Below, in pieces: positions 46,215-56,615 of a stretch of 64,000 bases of DNA. The DNA is from Patescibacteria group bacterium (GTDB lineage: Bacteria; Patescibacteriota; Patescibacteriia; Patescibacteriales; UBA12465), in contig JBBACQ010000002.1 in NCBI GenBank assembly GCA_041656935.1, positions 27,603-91,602 of the forward strand. The letters run 5' to 3'. Position 1 is the stretch's first letter, and the number at the start of each line of letters is the position of its first letter. The position numbers and the translations under genes were made by a program. The notes under the pieces were generated by a model that searched no databases, had not been told where the DNA came from, and saw only the letters and a program-made list of their open reading frames with translations.

Positions 46215-46644
46215 CTTTTATTAAGATTGAGCTGGATTTGATTTTCTTTCCCAATCCATCAACCATTTTAATATTTAATTTTTGACAAATATTATATTCT
46301 GGAACATCGTTTAAATTTTTTCTGTCTCCACCATTAGCAAAAATATTTGGTTTTATTTTGGTTAATGATTTGCAAACAGTTTTATCTTTATCAATAGATA
46401 AAAAAACCTCATCAACGTTTTTTAAAGATTCCGCTATTTTAATTCGATCTTTTTGGTTCATGAAGGGGACGCTTCCTTTTAGGGCCACCTGATAATCATT
46501 ATTAACTATAACTACTAAATAATCGCCTAATTTCTTAGATTTTTCAATCATTTCTAAATGTCCAACGTGCAGGGGGTTAAAATAACCACTAACCGCCACT
46601 ACTACTCTGTTTTTATTTTTTGTTTTACCGCCTGATCTCGCCAT
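46156..46644 (-). CDS. cytidylyltransferase-like nucleotidyltransferase
   Basis: VAVSGYFNPLHVGHLEM (HxGH motif). ATG at 46642-46644 (M25) preferred. The 3' end overlaps the mltG start by 59 nt. Confidence 0.7.
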   Translation of the reverse strand: MARSGGKTKNKNRVVVAVSGYFNPLHVGHLEMIEKSKKLGDYLVVIVNNDYQVALKGSVPFMNQKDRIKIAESLKNVDEVFLSIDKDKTVCKSLTKIKPNIFANGGDRKNLNDVPEYNICQKLNIKMVDGLGKKIKSSSILIKDAFKQVSKKEKKRPEKKSK

Positions 46645-46742
46645 GTATTTGTTGATATTATTATTTCTTTTCTTATTATACCATAATTTTAAAAAATATA
46701 AAAAAATAGTTTTCATTTAAACTATTAAAAATAAAAAACCCT

Positions 46743-46768
46743 TCTCCGGAGAAAAGGGTAAAAGTTAA
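46743..46768 (-). terminator. Rho-independent terminator of paralog A
   Basis: Minus strand CCCTTTTCTCCGGAGAAGGG followed by T6. Near-identical copy at 47809-47834. Confidence 0.7.
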
Positions 46769-46780
46769 AAGTAACAAGGG

Positions 46781-47554
46781 TCAAGAAACTACTTCACGGG
46801 AACGCAAACCATAATCAGAAAAGCCAGGACTACACCGCCCGACACCGAGCCCGCCACCGCTAGAACACCAACGAACACGGGGAACATAGCCATCAGAATA
46901 GCGCGAACCAGTACACAGCGTCCGATTACTGATGTCTAAATGCTTTTTGGTTCTATCAAAATACAGAATTTCTAATAACAATCTTTCCATCAAGGTAATT
47001 CCCTTGTGGTTCATAACCTTCAATTGATCAGCTGGAAAATCTTTGAATTCCTCATCAGCTTCAATGTTTCGGTTAAACAAAACAATATAGTCACCATTTT
47101 TAGCATCTCTATCATTGTGATTCACAGAGGTGTCTAGGTCTTCTTTATGCAAAGAAACCTTAAACTTCAGCCTCATCTCAGCTACAATCTGATTCTTCGT
47201 AAGTCCTTGAGCGACAATGACCGCAAAGTGCTTTCTGGGGTCATAGTGTTCTGGAACCTGCAAATCAGAAAAATCTTTCTCTAGACCGAACCATTTTTTG
47301 TAGATCCTCTGCCAAGTGGATTTAATTTGACGACTATTTTTGTTGTCGTCAAACAAACACTCAGCAAAAGCCTCAATAGCGGGATCTTTTTTACGACCAC
47401 TTTTTATAACCTCAGCTACCTTCTTCGCCAGAATAGGATCAGATCTCAACAAAGAAAGATCGCTCAAAATGATCCCCTGATCTTGCAGAGCTTTTAAGGT
47501 TGCTCCAACCTCGCCATAACTGGCGTTCCATAAACCAGAATTGTCTTTTTTCAT
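46781..47554 (-). CDS. hypothetical protein, paralog A
   Basis: ATG at 47552-47554 preceded by GGAGG. Central 170 aa are near-identical to paralog B; N-terminus and C-terminal tail are divergent. Confidence 0.7.
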   Translation of the reverse strand: MKKDNSGLWNASYGEVGATLKALQDQGIILSDLSLLRSDPILAKKVAEVIKSGRKKDPAIEAFAECLFDDNKNSRQIKSTWQRIYKKWFGLEKDFSDLQVPEHYDPRKHFAVIVAQGLTKNQIVAEMRLKFKVSLHKEDLDTSVNHNDRDAKNGDYIVLFNRNIEADEEFKDFPADQLKVMNHKGITLMERLLLEILYFDRTKKHLDISNRTLCTGSRYSDGYVPRVRWCSSGGGLGVGRCSPGFSDYGLRSREVVS

Positions 47555-47638
47555 GACTTTTCCTCCACATTTTATGCCTTGTCTGATATAAATTACAGAC
47601 TTTGGCGGGTTAATAATAATTTCAAAGAACATATCTCT

Positions 47639-47667
47639 ATTACAACATAGTAATTAGAAAAAGTCAA
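47639..47667 (-). promoter_or_regulatory. promoter of paralog A
   Basis: On the minus strand: TTGACT, 17-nt spacer, TGTAAT. The -35 region lies in a 25-nt block (47651-47675) that is 24/25 identical to 57001-57025. Confidence 0.55.
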
Positions 47668-47808
47668 GGGTAAATAATTGTAGTACTTTGCTACAATTAA
47701 CAAAAAATTATGCAACAATTAATTTTAATTAAATTATGCAATCAAAATAAATCAAAGAATTATTTATAGAACAGCTTAAATTTTCATTAAATAATTATTT
47801 CCAAAAAT

Positions 47809-47834
47809 AAAAAACCCTTCTCCGAAGAAAAGGG
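47809..47834 (-). terminator. Rho-independent terminator of paralog B
   Basis: Duplicate of the 46743-46768 hairpin with one substitution in the loop. Confidence 0.7.
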
Positions 47835-47856
47835 TAAAAGTTAAAAGTAACAAGGG

Positions 47857-48603
47857 TTAGGAAGAAACTACTGCGCGGGAACGCAAAAAGTCACTAGAAC
47901 GGTCAGGATACGACCAAATAACACAAAGCAAGCCATCGCTAGAATTCCAACCGACATCGGGAACACAGCCATCAGAATCGCGCGACCCAGTACACAGCGT
48001 CCAATTACTGATATCCAAATGCTTTTTGGTTCTATCAAAATACAGAATTTCTAATAGCAATCTTTCCAGCAAGGTAATCCCCTTGTGTTCTATCGCCTTT
48101 AGCTGGTTAGCTGAGTAATTTTTGAACTCTTCATCAGCTTCAACATTTTTGTTGAACACAACGATATAGTCGCCATTTTCGGCCTTTCTATCATTGTGAT
48201 TCACAGAGGTGTCTAGGTCTTCTTTATGCAAAGAAACCTTAAACTTCAGCCTCATCTCAGCTACAATCTGATTCTTCGTAAGTCCTTGAGCGACAATGAC
48301 CGCAAAGTGTTTGCGCGGGTCATAATTTTCCGGAACCTGCAGGTCAGAAAAATTTTTCTCTAGACCGAACCATTTCTTGTAGATCCTCTGCCAAGTGGAT
48401 TTAATTTGACGACTGTTTTTGTTGTCGTCAAATTTCTTAGCAAAAATTGTTCCGACCAAATCATAAATCGGATCGGGATTATTAATCAGGTTGCTAACCT
48501 GCCCCGATGAGGGGTTGGCCTTATTAAGGGCTAATTCTATAATTCGCAATAGCTCCATACCTTGTTTGAAGCTTGCTGGACTTTGGAAACTCTTGTTTTC
48601 CAT
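47857..48603 (-). CDS. hypothetical protein, paralog B
   Basis: ATG at 48601-48603 preceded by GGAGG. Shares the core ...DDNKNSRQIKSTWQRIYKKWFGLEK...LCTGSR... with paralog A. Confidence 0.7.
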   Translation of the reverse strand: MENKSFQSPASFKQGMELLRIIELALNKANPSSGQVSNLINNPDPIYDLVGTIFAKKFDDNKNSRQIKSTWQRIYKKWFGLEKNFSDLQVPENYDPRKHFAVIVAQGLTKNQIVAEMRLKFKVSLHKEDLDTSVNHNDRKAENGDYIVVFNKNVEADEEFKNYSANQLKAIEHKGITLLERLLLEILYFDRTKKHLDISNWTLCTGSRDSDGCVPDVGWNSSDGLLCVIWSYPDRSSDFLRSRAVVSS

Positions 48604-48733
48604 TTTTACCTCCATTTTTAAAGGGTTTATAAAAAGAACAAATTTATAAAAAATATTATCATATTTAAATTAATTTGTCAATATAGCATTTTTTTATAAT
48701 CTATACTATTATACTTTTATACCGAGAAAATCT

Positions 48734-48807
48734 GGTCCGATGGTGAAGTGGTTTAACACTACAGTTTGCAAAACTGTCACTCGTGGGTTCGAATCCCACT
48801 CGGACCT
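48734..48807 (+). tRNA. tRNA-Cys (anticodon GCA)
   Basis: Acceptor GGTCCGA/TCGGACC, anticodon stem ACAGT/ACTGT, loop TTGCAAA, T-arm GTGGG-TTCGAAT-CCCAC. Confidence 0.85.
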
Positions 48808-49284
48808 CTGAAAAAAACAACCCAAACTGCTTTGGGTTGTTTTTTTTATATGACAAAAGAGTGGGATGAGAAAGCCGGAGCCCATGTGCACGAAGTGCAC
48901 GGGCGAGGCCGGGTCGGGGCGCTTGTTTTTATCAAGCCGAAGGCGCAGAGAAAAACTTAGCGACCGTGACCGAATCCCACTCGGACCTCTGAAAAAAACA
49001 ACCCAAACTGCTTTGGGTTGTTTTTTTTATAAGACAAGAGAGTGGGATTCGAAAGCCGGAGCCCATGTGCACGAAGTGCACGGGCGAGGCCGGGTCGGGG
49101 CGCTTGTTTTTATCAAGCCGAAGGCGCAGAGAAAAACTTAGCGACCGTGACCGAATCCCACTCGGACCTCTGAAACATAAGAAGCTAACCTGCGTTAGCT
49201 TCTTATGTTTTATATGACAAAAGAGTGGGATTCGAAAGCCCTCCTTCGCCATATTTCATATGGCTTCGGCGGGCAAGCCGGAGC
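48790..49284 (+). repeat. tandem repeat seeded on the tRNA-Cys 3' end (period 181 bp; two full units plus a variant third)
   Basis: CGAATCCCACTCGGACCTCTGAAA occurs at 48790, 48971 and 49152. Units 1 and 2 are near-identical. Unit 3 keeps the ends but has a different terminator hairpin and interior. Confidence 0.9.
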
Positions 49285-49301
49285 AGAAATTATTTTAATA
49301 A

Positions 49302-49616
49302 TTATTTTTTACGAATAGATTCTAAATTAGCTTTTAAATTAACATAAAAATCTGGAGCCTTTATCTTCATCCCTAAGGCGTCAGCTATTCTAGCTAAGAA
49401 ACTCAAACTGGGCAAATCCAAGCCCCTCTCCAATCTAGATATGCTCGATTGTTTAGTGAAAAGTCGCTTAGCTAATTCTTCTTGAGTTAAACCCATCATT
49501 AACCTAGCTTTAATAATGTTTTCCGAAACCTCAAAAACTAAATTAGAATTGTCATAATAATATTTTTTGAAGTCTTCATTTTTAAATAATTCTTTTTTTA
49601 TATTTTTTAAACTCAT
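49302..49616 (-). CDS. XRE-family HTH protein, HigA-like antitoxin
   Basis: 104 aa with HTH ...MGLTQEELAKRLFTKQSSISRLERG... Lies directly downstream of the toxin-like gene. Confidence 0.7.
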   Translation of the reverse strand: MSLKNIKKELFKNEDFKKYYYDNSNLVFEVSENIIKARLMMGLTQEELAKRLFTKQSSISRLERGLDLPSLSFLARIADALGMKIKAPDFYVNLKANLESIRKK

Positions 49617-49633
49617 AATTTTATTTTAATTAA

Positions 49634-49996
49634 TTAAAAATTTAATTCTAGTTCTTTTTTTCTTTTCTCAGCTAACTCAATTTCGTCAACTGGGGTTTTC
49701 TTTTTTTTCTTGTAAAAAATATTGGTTAAATAAAAATTACCATTAATAATCGAGAAAAATATCCTATAATTAGCCTTCTTCCAATTAATTATTAATTCAA
49801 AAATATTTTTTCTACCTTTTATCTTCTTAACTAATTTAATTCTTAATAAAAGATCTAAATTATTTTCTTCTAATCTTTCCAATGTTTTCAAAATCTTTTT
49901 AGCATGATCAACTCTCCCTTTCAAAAACAAGTCATTTATATATAACGAAATTAATAAATCACCTCGAGAATTAAAATATTGTCTGATATTATTCAT
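49634..49996 (-). CDS. RelE/HigB (Gp49-like) family toxin
   Basis: ...NIFELIINWKKANYRIFFSIINGNFYLTNIFYKKKKKTPVDEIELAEKR... fits the HigB/Gp49 pattern. ATG at 49994-49996; the track start is a TTG. Confidence 0.6.
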   Translation of the reverse strand: MNNIRQYFNSRGDLLISLYINDLFLKGRVDHAKKILKTLERLEENNLDLLLRIKLVKKIKGRKNIFELIINWKKANYRIFFSIINGNFYLTNIFYKKKKKTPVDEIELAEKRKKELELNF

Positions 49997-50014
49997 TATA
50001 ATAAATAATATCAA

Positions 50015-50032
50015 TATAACAATATTGTTATA
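50015..50032. promoter_or_regulatory. perfect 18-bp palindrome, candidate TA operator
   Basis: TATAACAATATTGTTATA lies immediately upstream of the toxin gene, and a partial repeat AATATTGT follows. Confidence 0.5.
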
Positions 50033-50116
50033 CTAATATTGTAATTTAAAAAAATATATAAGTCAATAATATAATTTTCCCAATAAAAACAAGTTAAATC
50101 TTTGATAAAATAAAAA

Positions 50117-50151
50117 TAAAAAAACAATCTGAATTTTAGATTGTTTTTTTT
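50117..50151. terminator. bidirectional terminator downstream of atpC
   Basis: A7, stem ACAATCT/AGATTGT with 7-nt loop, then T7. Confidence 0.7.
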
Positions 50152-50175
50152 ATATAATCTATTTTTTCTAAAAAC

Positions 50176-50613
50176 CTACCTCCCCTTCAAACTACGCCAT
50201 CTTTTAACCGATCTGGTTCTAGCCAATTCCTTTTCAATCATGGCCGATATATTAGCAAACTGAGTCGCATCAATATTACGAATATTTTTTAGGGACTCTT
50301 CAGCTCTCTTTCTGGCTTCCTCCGCCCGATCTAAATTAATCTCCTCTGCTCGCTCAGCGGTATCAGCTAAAATAATAATTTTATTTAATAAAACTTCTAC
50401 AAAACCACCGGAAACTGAAATAATTTCAATTGAACCATCATCTTTTTTCAATTCTAAAACACCTGGCTTCAAAATTGAAACCAAGGGAGAATGCTTAGGC
50501 AGAATAGTTATTTCTCCTTCCACGGTTGGAACAGTTACTTGAAAAACTTCTTCCTTCACAACAACTCTTTCCGGAGTAACTATCTCAAATTTTATTGTTT
50601 TTTTATCAGACAT
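50176..50613 (-). CDS. atpC: F1 ATP synthase epsilon subunit
   Basis: 145 aa; N-terminal beta-sandwich sequence ...FEIVTPERVV...; last gene of the atp operon. Confidence 0.9.
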   Translation of the reverse strand: MSDKKTIKFEIVTPERVVVKEEVFQVTVPTVEGEITILPKHSPLVSILKPGVLELKKDDGSIEIISVSGGFVEVLLNKIIILADTAERAEEINLDRAEEARKRAEESLKNIRNIDATQFANISAMIEKELARTRSVKRWRSLKGR

Positions 50614-50646
50614 AATTTTTATAAAATCCTTACTATCTTAAAAATC

Positions 50647-52041
<1,395 letters not shown>

Positions 52042-52078
52042 TTAATTTATTTTTAAATTAATAATAATCCTAATAGTT

Positions 52079-53032
52079 TTATCTCTTAAGGGCGTTCGCT
52101 CCAGCACTAATTTCCGCAATTTCCGAAGTAATGGCCGATTGTCGAGCCTTATTATAAAATAACACTAACTCCTTAGCTAAATCATCAGCTGCCTCAGTGG
52201 CCTGATGCATAGCTGTCATCCTAACACTGTGCTCCGAAGCATTTGATTCTAACAAAGCTTGAAATAATTGGACCTCGATTAATCTAGGCAACATCTGATT
52301 TAAAACCTCTTCTGACCCGGGCTCATAAGTAAAAATATATTTATGACCATTGTCTCTTAAATACTTAGACTCTTTCTCGGCAATATATTTTTTATCACTA
52401 CCAACTCTATCGTCTTTTCCAACTACTCCTAAATATTCATCTTCGGCACTAATATCAACTGGTAAAACTTGTTTAATGCGCGGGACTTGCTTAGAATTAT
52501 TAACAAAATCAGTATAAGCCACAAAAACCTTATCATACTTTTCCGCTAAAAATTCATCGATAAGTAATTTGGCTATCGGAGTTATCTCTTTTATCTGAGA
52601 AATAAAATCTGTTTTTTGAAACTCAGCCTCAATCTTATATTTAAATCTACTATTTACCGCTAACCCCTTTTTACCAATTATAATAAAATCAGTATCAATA
52701 TTCCCATGCTTTTTTATAGAATCAACCGCTTTATTTATAATATTAGAATTAAAACTTCCACATAAACCTCTATTAGATGAAATTAAAAAAATTGCCACCT
52801 TTTTAATTTTCGATCTAACATTAAGTAAAGGATGCAAATTTTTGCCAGAATCAGAAGCTCCAGCAATATTTAAAACCGTTACCCAAGCTAAGTTAGCATA
52901 AGTTCTAGTTTTAAGTACGGCTTCAACTGATTTTCTCATTTTAGAGGCCGCCACCATCTCCATGGCTTTGGTTATCTTTTTAGTATTATTAACCGACTTG
53001 ATTCGACGTTGTATTTCTTTTGTTTTGGCCAT
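52079..53032 (-). CDS. atpG: F1 ATP synthase gamma subunit
   Basis: 317 aa with N-terminus IQRRIKSVNNTKKITKAMEMVAASK and C-terminus ITSEIAEISAGANAL. Confidence 0.95.
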   Translation of the reverse strand: MAKTKEIQRRIKSVNNTKKITKAMEMVAASKMRKSVEAVLKTRTYANLAWVTVLNIAGASDSGKNLHPLLNVRSKIKKVAIFLISSNRGLCGSFNSNIINKAVDSIKKHGNIDTDFIIIGKKGLAVNSRFKYKIEAEFQKTDFISQIKEITPIAKLLIDEFLAEKYDKVFVAYTDFVNNSKQVPRIKQVLPVDISAEDEYLGVVGKDDRVGSDKKYIAEKESKYLRDNGHKYIFTYEPGSEEVLNQMLPRLIEVQLFQALLESNASEHSVRMTAMHQATEAADDLAKELVLFYNKARQSAITSEIAEISAGANALKR

Positions 53033-53063
53033 ATTAATTTTCTCTTGCTATTAAAAAATAAAA

Positions 53064-54596
53064 TTAATCTTTAATTAAATAATCTAAAGTGTCTTTATAA
53101 TCATTAATTAATTTAATTATTTTTTCCTCATCTTTTTCTTCTAAAATTTTTAGTTCTTTAATATTTTTTAAAACATCACCAGCGTTATCTCTAATATAAG
53201 AGATACTATTAATTTCAAATTCTTTAATTTTTTCTACCGGAATGTTATCCATTAATCCTGATATTAGGGAGAAGAAAACAATAACCTGTTCCGCTACCGA
53301 CATCGGTTCATATTGCCCTTGTTTTAAAATTTCCATTAAACGTTTACCTCTTTCTAATTTATTTTTAGTTTCTTCATCTAAATCAGAACCAAATTGAGCA
53401 AAGGCTGCTAACTCTCGATACTGAGCTGCCTCTAATCTCATTTTACCCGCTACTTTTTTCATGGCTTTAATCTGGGCATTACTACCAACACGAGAAACCG
53501 ATAAACCGGCATTAATCGCTGGTCGGCTTCCTTGATAAAAAAGATCCGGTTCTAAATAAATCTGTCCATCAGTAATAGAAATAACATTTGTTGGGATATA
53601 AGCCGATACATCTCCGGCCTGGGTTTCAATAATCGGCAAAGCGGTAATTGACCCGCCACCAAAATCTTTATTCAACTTACAAGCTCTTTCTAATAATCTA
53701 GAATGTAAATAAAAAACATCTCCCGGATAAGCTTCTCTGCCCGGTGGTCTTTTTAATAAAAGAGATATTTCGCGATAAGCAACCGCGTGTTTAGATAAAT
53801 CATCATAAATAATTAAAACATCTTCACCTTTATCTAAAAAATATTCAGCCATAGCACAACCAGAATATGGAGCAATATATAGAAGAGAGGCAGGATCGCT
53901 GGCTCCGGCTACTACAACAGTAGTATAATCCATGGCACCCGCTGATTTTAATTTAGCCACAATACTAGCCACCTTAGATTCTTTTTGCCCAATAGCTACA
54001 TAAATACACTTCATATTTTGGTCTTTCTGATTGATAATAGTATCAATGGCAATAGCGGTTTTACCGATTTGTCGATCGCCAATAATAAGTTCTCGTTGTC
54101 CGCGACCAATTGGAATCATAGCATCAATCGCCTTGATACCAGTTTGTACTGGTTCGTTAACTGATTCACGAGTAATTACACCAGGAGCAATTTTTTCAAT
54201 TGGATAAAATTTTTCAGCTTTAATTTTCTCTTTTCCGTCTATTGGAGCACCTAATGGGTTCAAAACTCGACCAATAATATTATCTCCTACTGGCACCTCT
54301 AAAATTTTTCTTAAAGCCAACACCTCATCACCCTCTTTAATACCGCTAAAATCACCTAAAACAACCACACCAATACTATCTTCTTCTAAATTTAAAACTA
54401 CTCCATAAACTGAGCCATTTTGGGTCTTGAATTGAACCATTTCTGACATCATCGCCTCTGATAAACCAGAAACCTTAGCAATACCATCGTTTATTTCGAT
54501 GACCTTACCAAAGTTTTGCTCTTTAATTTCAGCTTTAAAATCAGAAATTCTACCTCTAATTTGATCGATTATAAAATCTTTTGCATTGTTTTTCAT
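53064..54596 (-). CDS. atpA: F1 ATP synthase alpha subunit
   Basis: 510 aa with Walker A GDRQIGKT. Confidence 0.97.
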   Translation of the reverse strand: MKNNAKDFIIDQIRGRISDFKAEIKEQNFGKVIEINDGIAKVSGLSEAMMSEMVQFKTQNGSVYGVVLNLEEDSIGVVVLGDFSGIKEGDEVLALRKILEVPVGDNIIGRVLNPLGAPIDGKEKIKAEKFYPIEKIAPGVITRESVNEPVQTGIKAIDAMIPIGRGQRELIIGDRQIGKTAIAIDTIINQKDQNMKCIYVAIGQKESKVASIVAKLKSAGAMDYTTVVVAGASDPASLLYIAPYSGCAMAEYFLDKGEDVLIIYDDLSKHAVAYREISLLLKRPPGREAYPGDVFYLHSRLLERACKLNKDFGGGSITALPIIETQAGDVSAYIPTNVISITDGQIYLEPDLFYQGSRPAINAGLSVSRVGSNAQIKAMKKVAGKMRLEAAQYRELAAFAQFGSDLDEETKNKLERGKRLMEILKQGQYEPMSVAEQVIVFFSLISGLMDNIPVEKIKEFEINSISYIRDNAGDVLKNIKELKILEEKDEEKIIKLINDYKDTLDYLIKD

Positions 54597-54600
54597 ATTT

Positions 54601-55002
54601 TTATTGTCTTAAACTATTTTTAAATAAATTAATTCTATTTTTTATACTAGCATCAAATATTTTATCATTATATTTTAAAATAAAACCACCAATAATATTT
54701 TTATCTTCTTTTTCACTCACCTCAATCTTCTCCGACTTAGAAATCTTTTTTAAAAATTTAATTATTTCCTCTTTAGGTTCTATTTCTAATTTTCTAGAGC
54801 TGGTAATTTCGGCTTGAACCACAGAATGTTCTTTCTGCCAAAAAACCTCAAAGTAAGAAATAATTTTTTCAATTTGAGATAGGCAATTATCATTTTTTAA
54901 AACCTCTAAAAAATTAAAAATAATTTTCGAAGTTTCTTCTGGGGTTCTATCCTCTAATTCTCGGAACAGAGCTTGAGCGTATTGTTTAGCCGTTACTTTC
55001 AT
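54601..55002 (-). CDS. atpH: F1 ATP synthase delta (OSCP) subunit, short form
   Basis: 133 aa. Called from its position between atpF and atpA and the N-terminus AKQYAQALF. Confidence 0.75.
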   Translation of the reverse strand: MKVTAKQYAQALFRELEDRTPEETSKIIFNFLEVLKNDNCLSQIEKIISYFEVFWQKEHSVVQAEITSSRKLEIEPKEEIIKFLKKISKSEKIEVSEKEDKNIIGGFILKYNDKIFDASIKNRINLFKNSLRQ

Positions 55003-55007
55003 ATTAA

Positions 55008-55493
55008 TTATTTTAATAATTCTTTAATAATTTTCTTGTCTTTAGCGGTATCAATTTTTTCATCTATAACCTTCTCTACTGCTAAAATTACTAATTCTGA
55101 TAAATTGTTCTTCATTTCCTTAAAAGCATCAATCTTTTCTTGATTAAATTTTTCTTTTTCTTCTAAAATAACCTTGGAAGCTTCTTCTCGGGCTTTTTTA
55201 ATAAGCTCATTACCCCTTTTTTCAGCATTATCCTTAGCTTCGTCTATAATATTCAAAGCTTCTTTCTTGGCTTTAATTATAACCTGTTTTTCTTTTTCTT
55301 CTATTTCAACTAGTTTTTGTATGGCTACTTCTGAATTTTTTACTCCTTCTTCTATCTTTTTCCGACGATCATCTAAAAATTTTAATATTGGTTTATAGGC
55401 AAAACGCCACAAAACAAAAACCAAAACAGCAAAATTAATAAATTGAGCTAATAATATTTTTCCATTTATACCTAAGGCCTTAAGTAATTCCAT
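55008..55493 (-). CDS. atpF: Fo ATP synthase subunit b
   Basis: ATG at 55491-55493 (the track start is a TTG). One TM helix followed by a long charged helix. Confidence 0.85.
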   Translation of the reverse strand: MELLKALGINGKILLAQFINFAVLVFVLWRFAYKPILKFLDDRRKKIEEGVKNSEVAIQKLVEIEEKEKQVIIKAKKEALNIIDEAKDNAEKRGNELIKKAREEASKVILEEKEKFNQEKIDAFKEMKNNLSELVILAVEKVIDEKIDTAKDKKIIKELLK

Positions 55494-55562
55494 ATATCTA
55501 ATTTTAATTTTAAAAATAATTGTTAGGGTCTCTTTACGAAACCCCAAAGATCATCTCAAAAA

Positions 55563-55799
<237 letters not shown>

Positions 55800-55869
55800 T
55801 TACCTATTAAATAACCAAATTATTTAATAAGTAAGTTAATTAATTCTAATATTATTTAAAAAAATAAAT

Positions 55870-56613
55870 TTAATTACTAGCTTCAGCTTCAGCCTCGGAA
55901 GCCATTGATACAAACACCAAAGTTAACACGGCAAAAACAAAAGCCTGCACTACCGCCGTCAAAAGTCCTAAAAACATAAAAGGCAAAGGCACAAAAAACG
56001 GTGCTAAAAACAACATCACCATTCCCAAAACTTCACCAGCAAAAATATTACCAAATAAACGAAATGATAAAGATACTATTTTGGCAATTTCTCCGACTAA
56101 ATCCATTAAACCCAGAAAAAAACTCATCGGATTACGGAAATTGAAGAATTTACCAATATATTTGAAAGGTCCACTAACAGCAATCGCTACAATTTGAGTA
56201 GTAATAACGGCAATCAAGGTCATCACCAGAACCAAGCCGTAATCAGACATAACAGCCCGAAAAATAGATAAAGTTCCACCATCTCTGTTTATACTAATAG
56301 CTGATTGTCCAGGAATAAAAACGGCTAAATTTGAAACCAATACGAAAATAAACATCGTAGCAACTAAAGGAAAAATTCTTTGGGCTTTTTTGCCCGGTCC
56401 AATAACTGATTCAACAAAAGAATAACTAGCTTCTACTAAAAGTTCAATAAAATTTTGTAGCTTAGAAGGAATATCCTTCATTCTCTGACCTACAAAAACA
56501 AAAATAATTATTAAAAATAGAGAAACAATAATTGACCAAAAAAAAGTATTGGTCACCGGGAAGGAACCAATATAAAAAAGAATATCGGGTGATAGAGATA
56601 TATTTAACTCCAT
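55870..56613 (-). CDS. atpB: Fo ATP synthase subunit a
   Basis: 247 aa, polytopic, with the conserved Arg region SLSFRLFGNIFAGE. Confidence 0.95.
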   Translation of the reverse strand: MELNISLSPDILFYIGSFPVTNTFFWSIIVSLFLIIIFVFVGQRMKDIPSKLQNFIELLVEASYSFVESVIGPGKKAQRIFPLVATMFIFVLVSNLAVFIPGQSAISINRDGGTLSIFRAVMSDYGLVLVMTLIAVITTQIVAIAVSGPFKYIGKFFNFRNPMSFFLGLMDLVGEIAKIVSLSFRLFGNIFAGEVLGMVMLFLAPFFVPLPFMFLGLLTAVVQAFVFAVLTLVFVSMASEAEAEASN

Positions 56614-56615
56614 AT

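Noticed and set aside
46781-46920. DGR-type (adenine-specific) mutagenesis between the variable C-terminal tails of the two paralogs
   Set aside because: A position-by-position comparison of the 86-nt variable block shows mixed substitutions (C/T, G/C, A/N on either copy), not changes confined to template adenines. No reverse transcriptase is present.
48709-49252. Four track ORFs (63-106 aa, both strands) across the tRNA-Cys repeat region
   Set aside because: They run through a tRNA gene, terminator hairpins and tandem repeat units. Their apparent length comes from the GC-rich, stop-poor repeat, and their sequences simply repeat with the DNA period.
48790-49284. Possible CRISPR array
   Set aside because: The whole 181-bp unit is repeated near-identically, with no short direct repeats separated by unique spacers. 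No cas genes lie in the window.
48734-50032. Intact integrative element or prophage at tRNA-Cys
   Set aside because: Duplicated tRNA 3' ends are present, but there is no integrase or any phage-like gene. Only 181-bp units and a TA pair are found.
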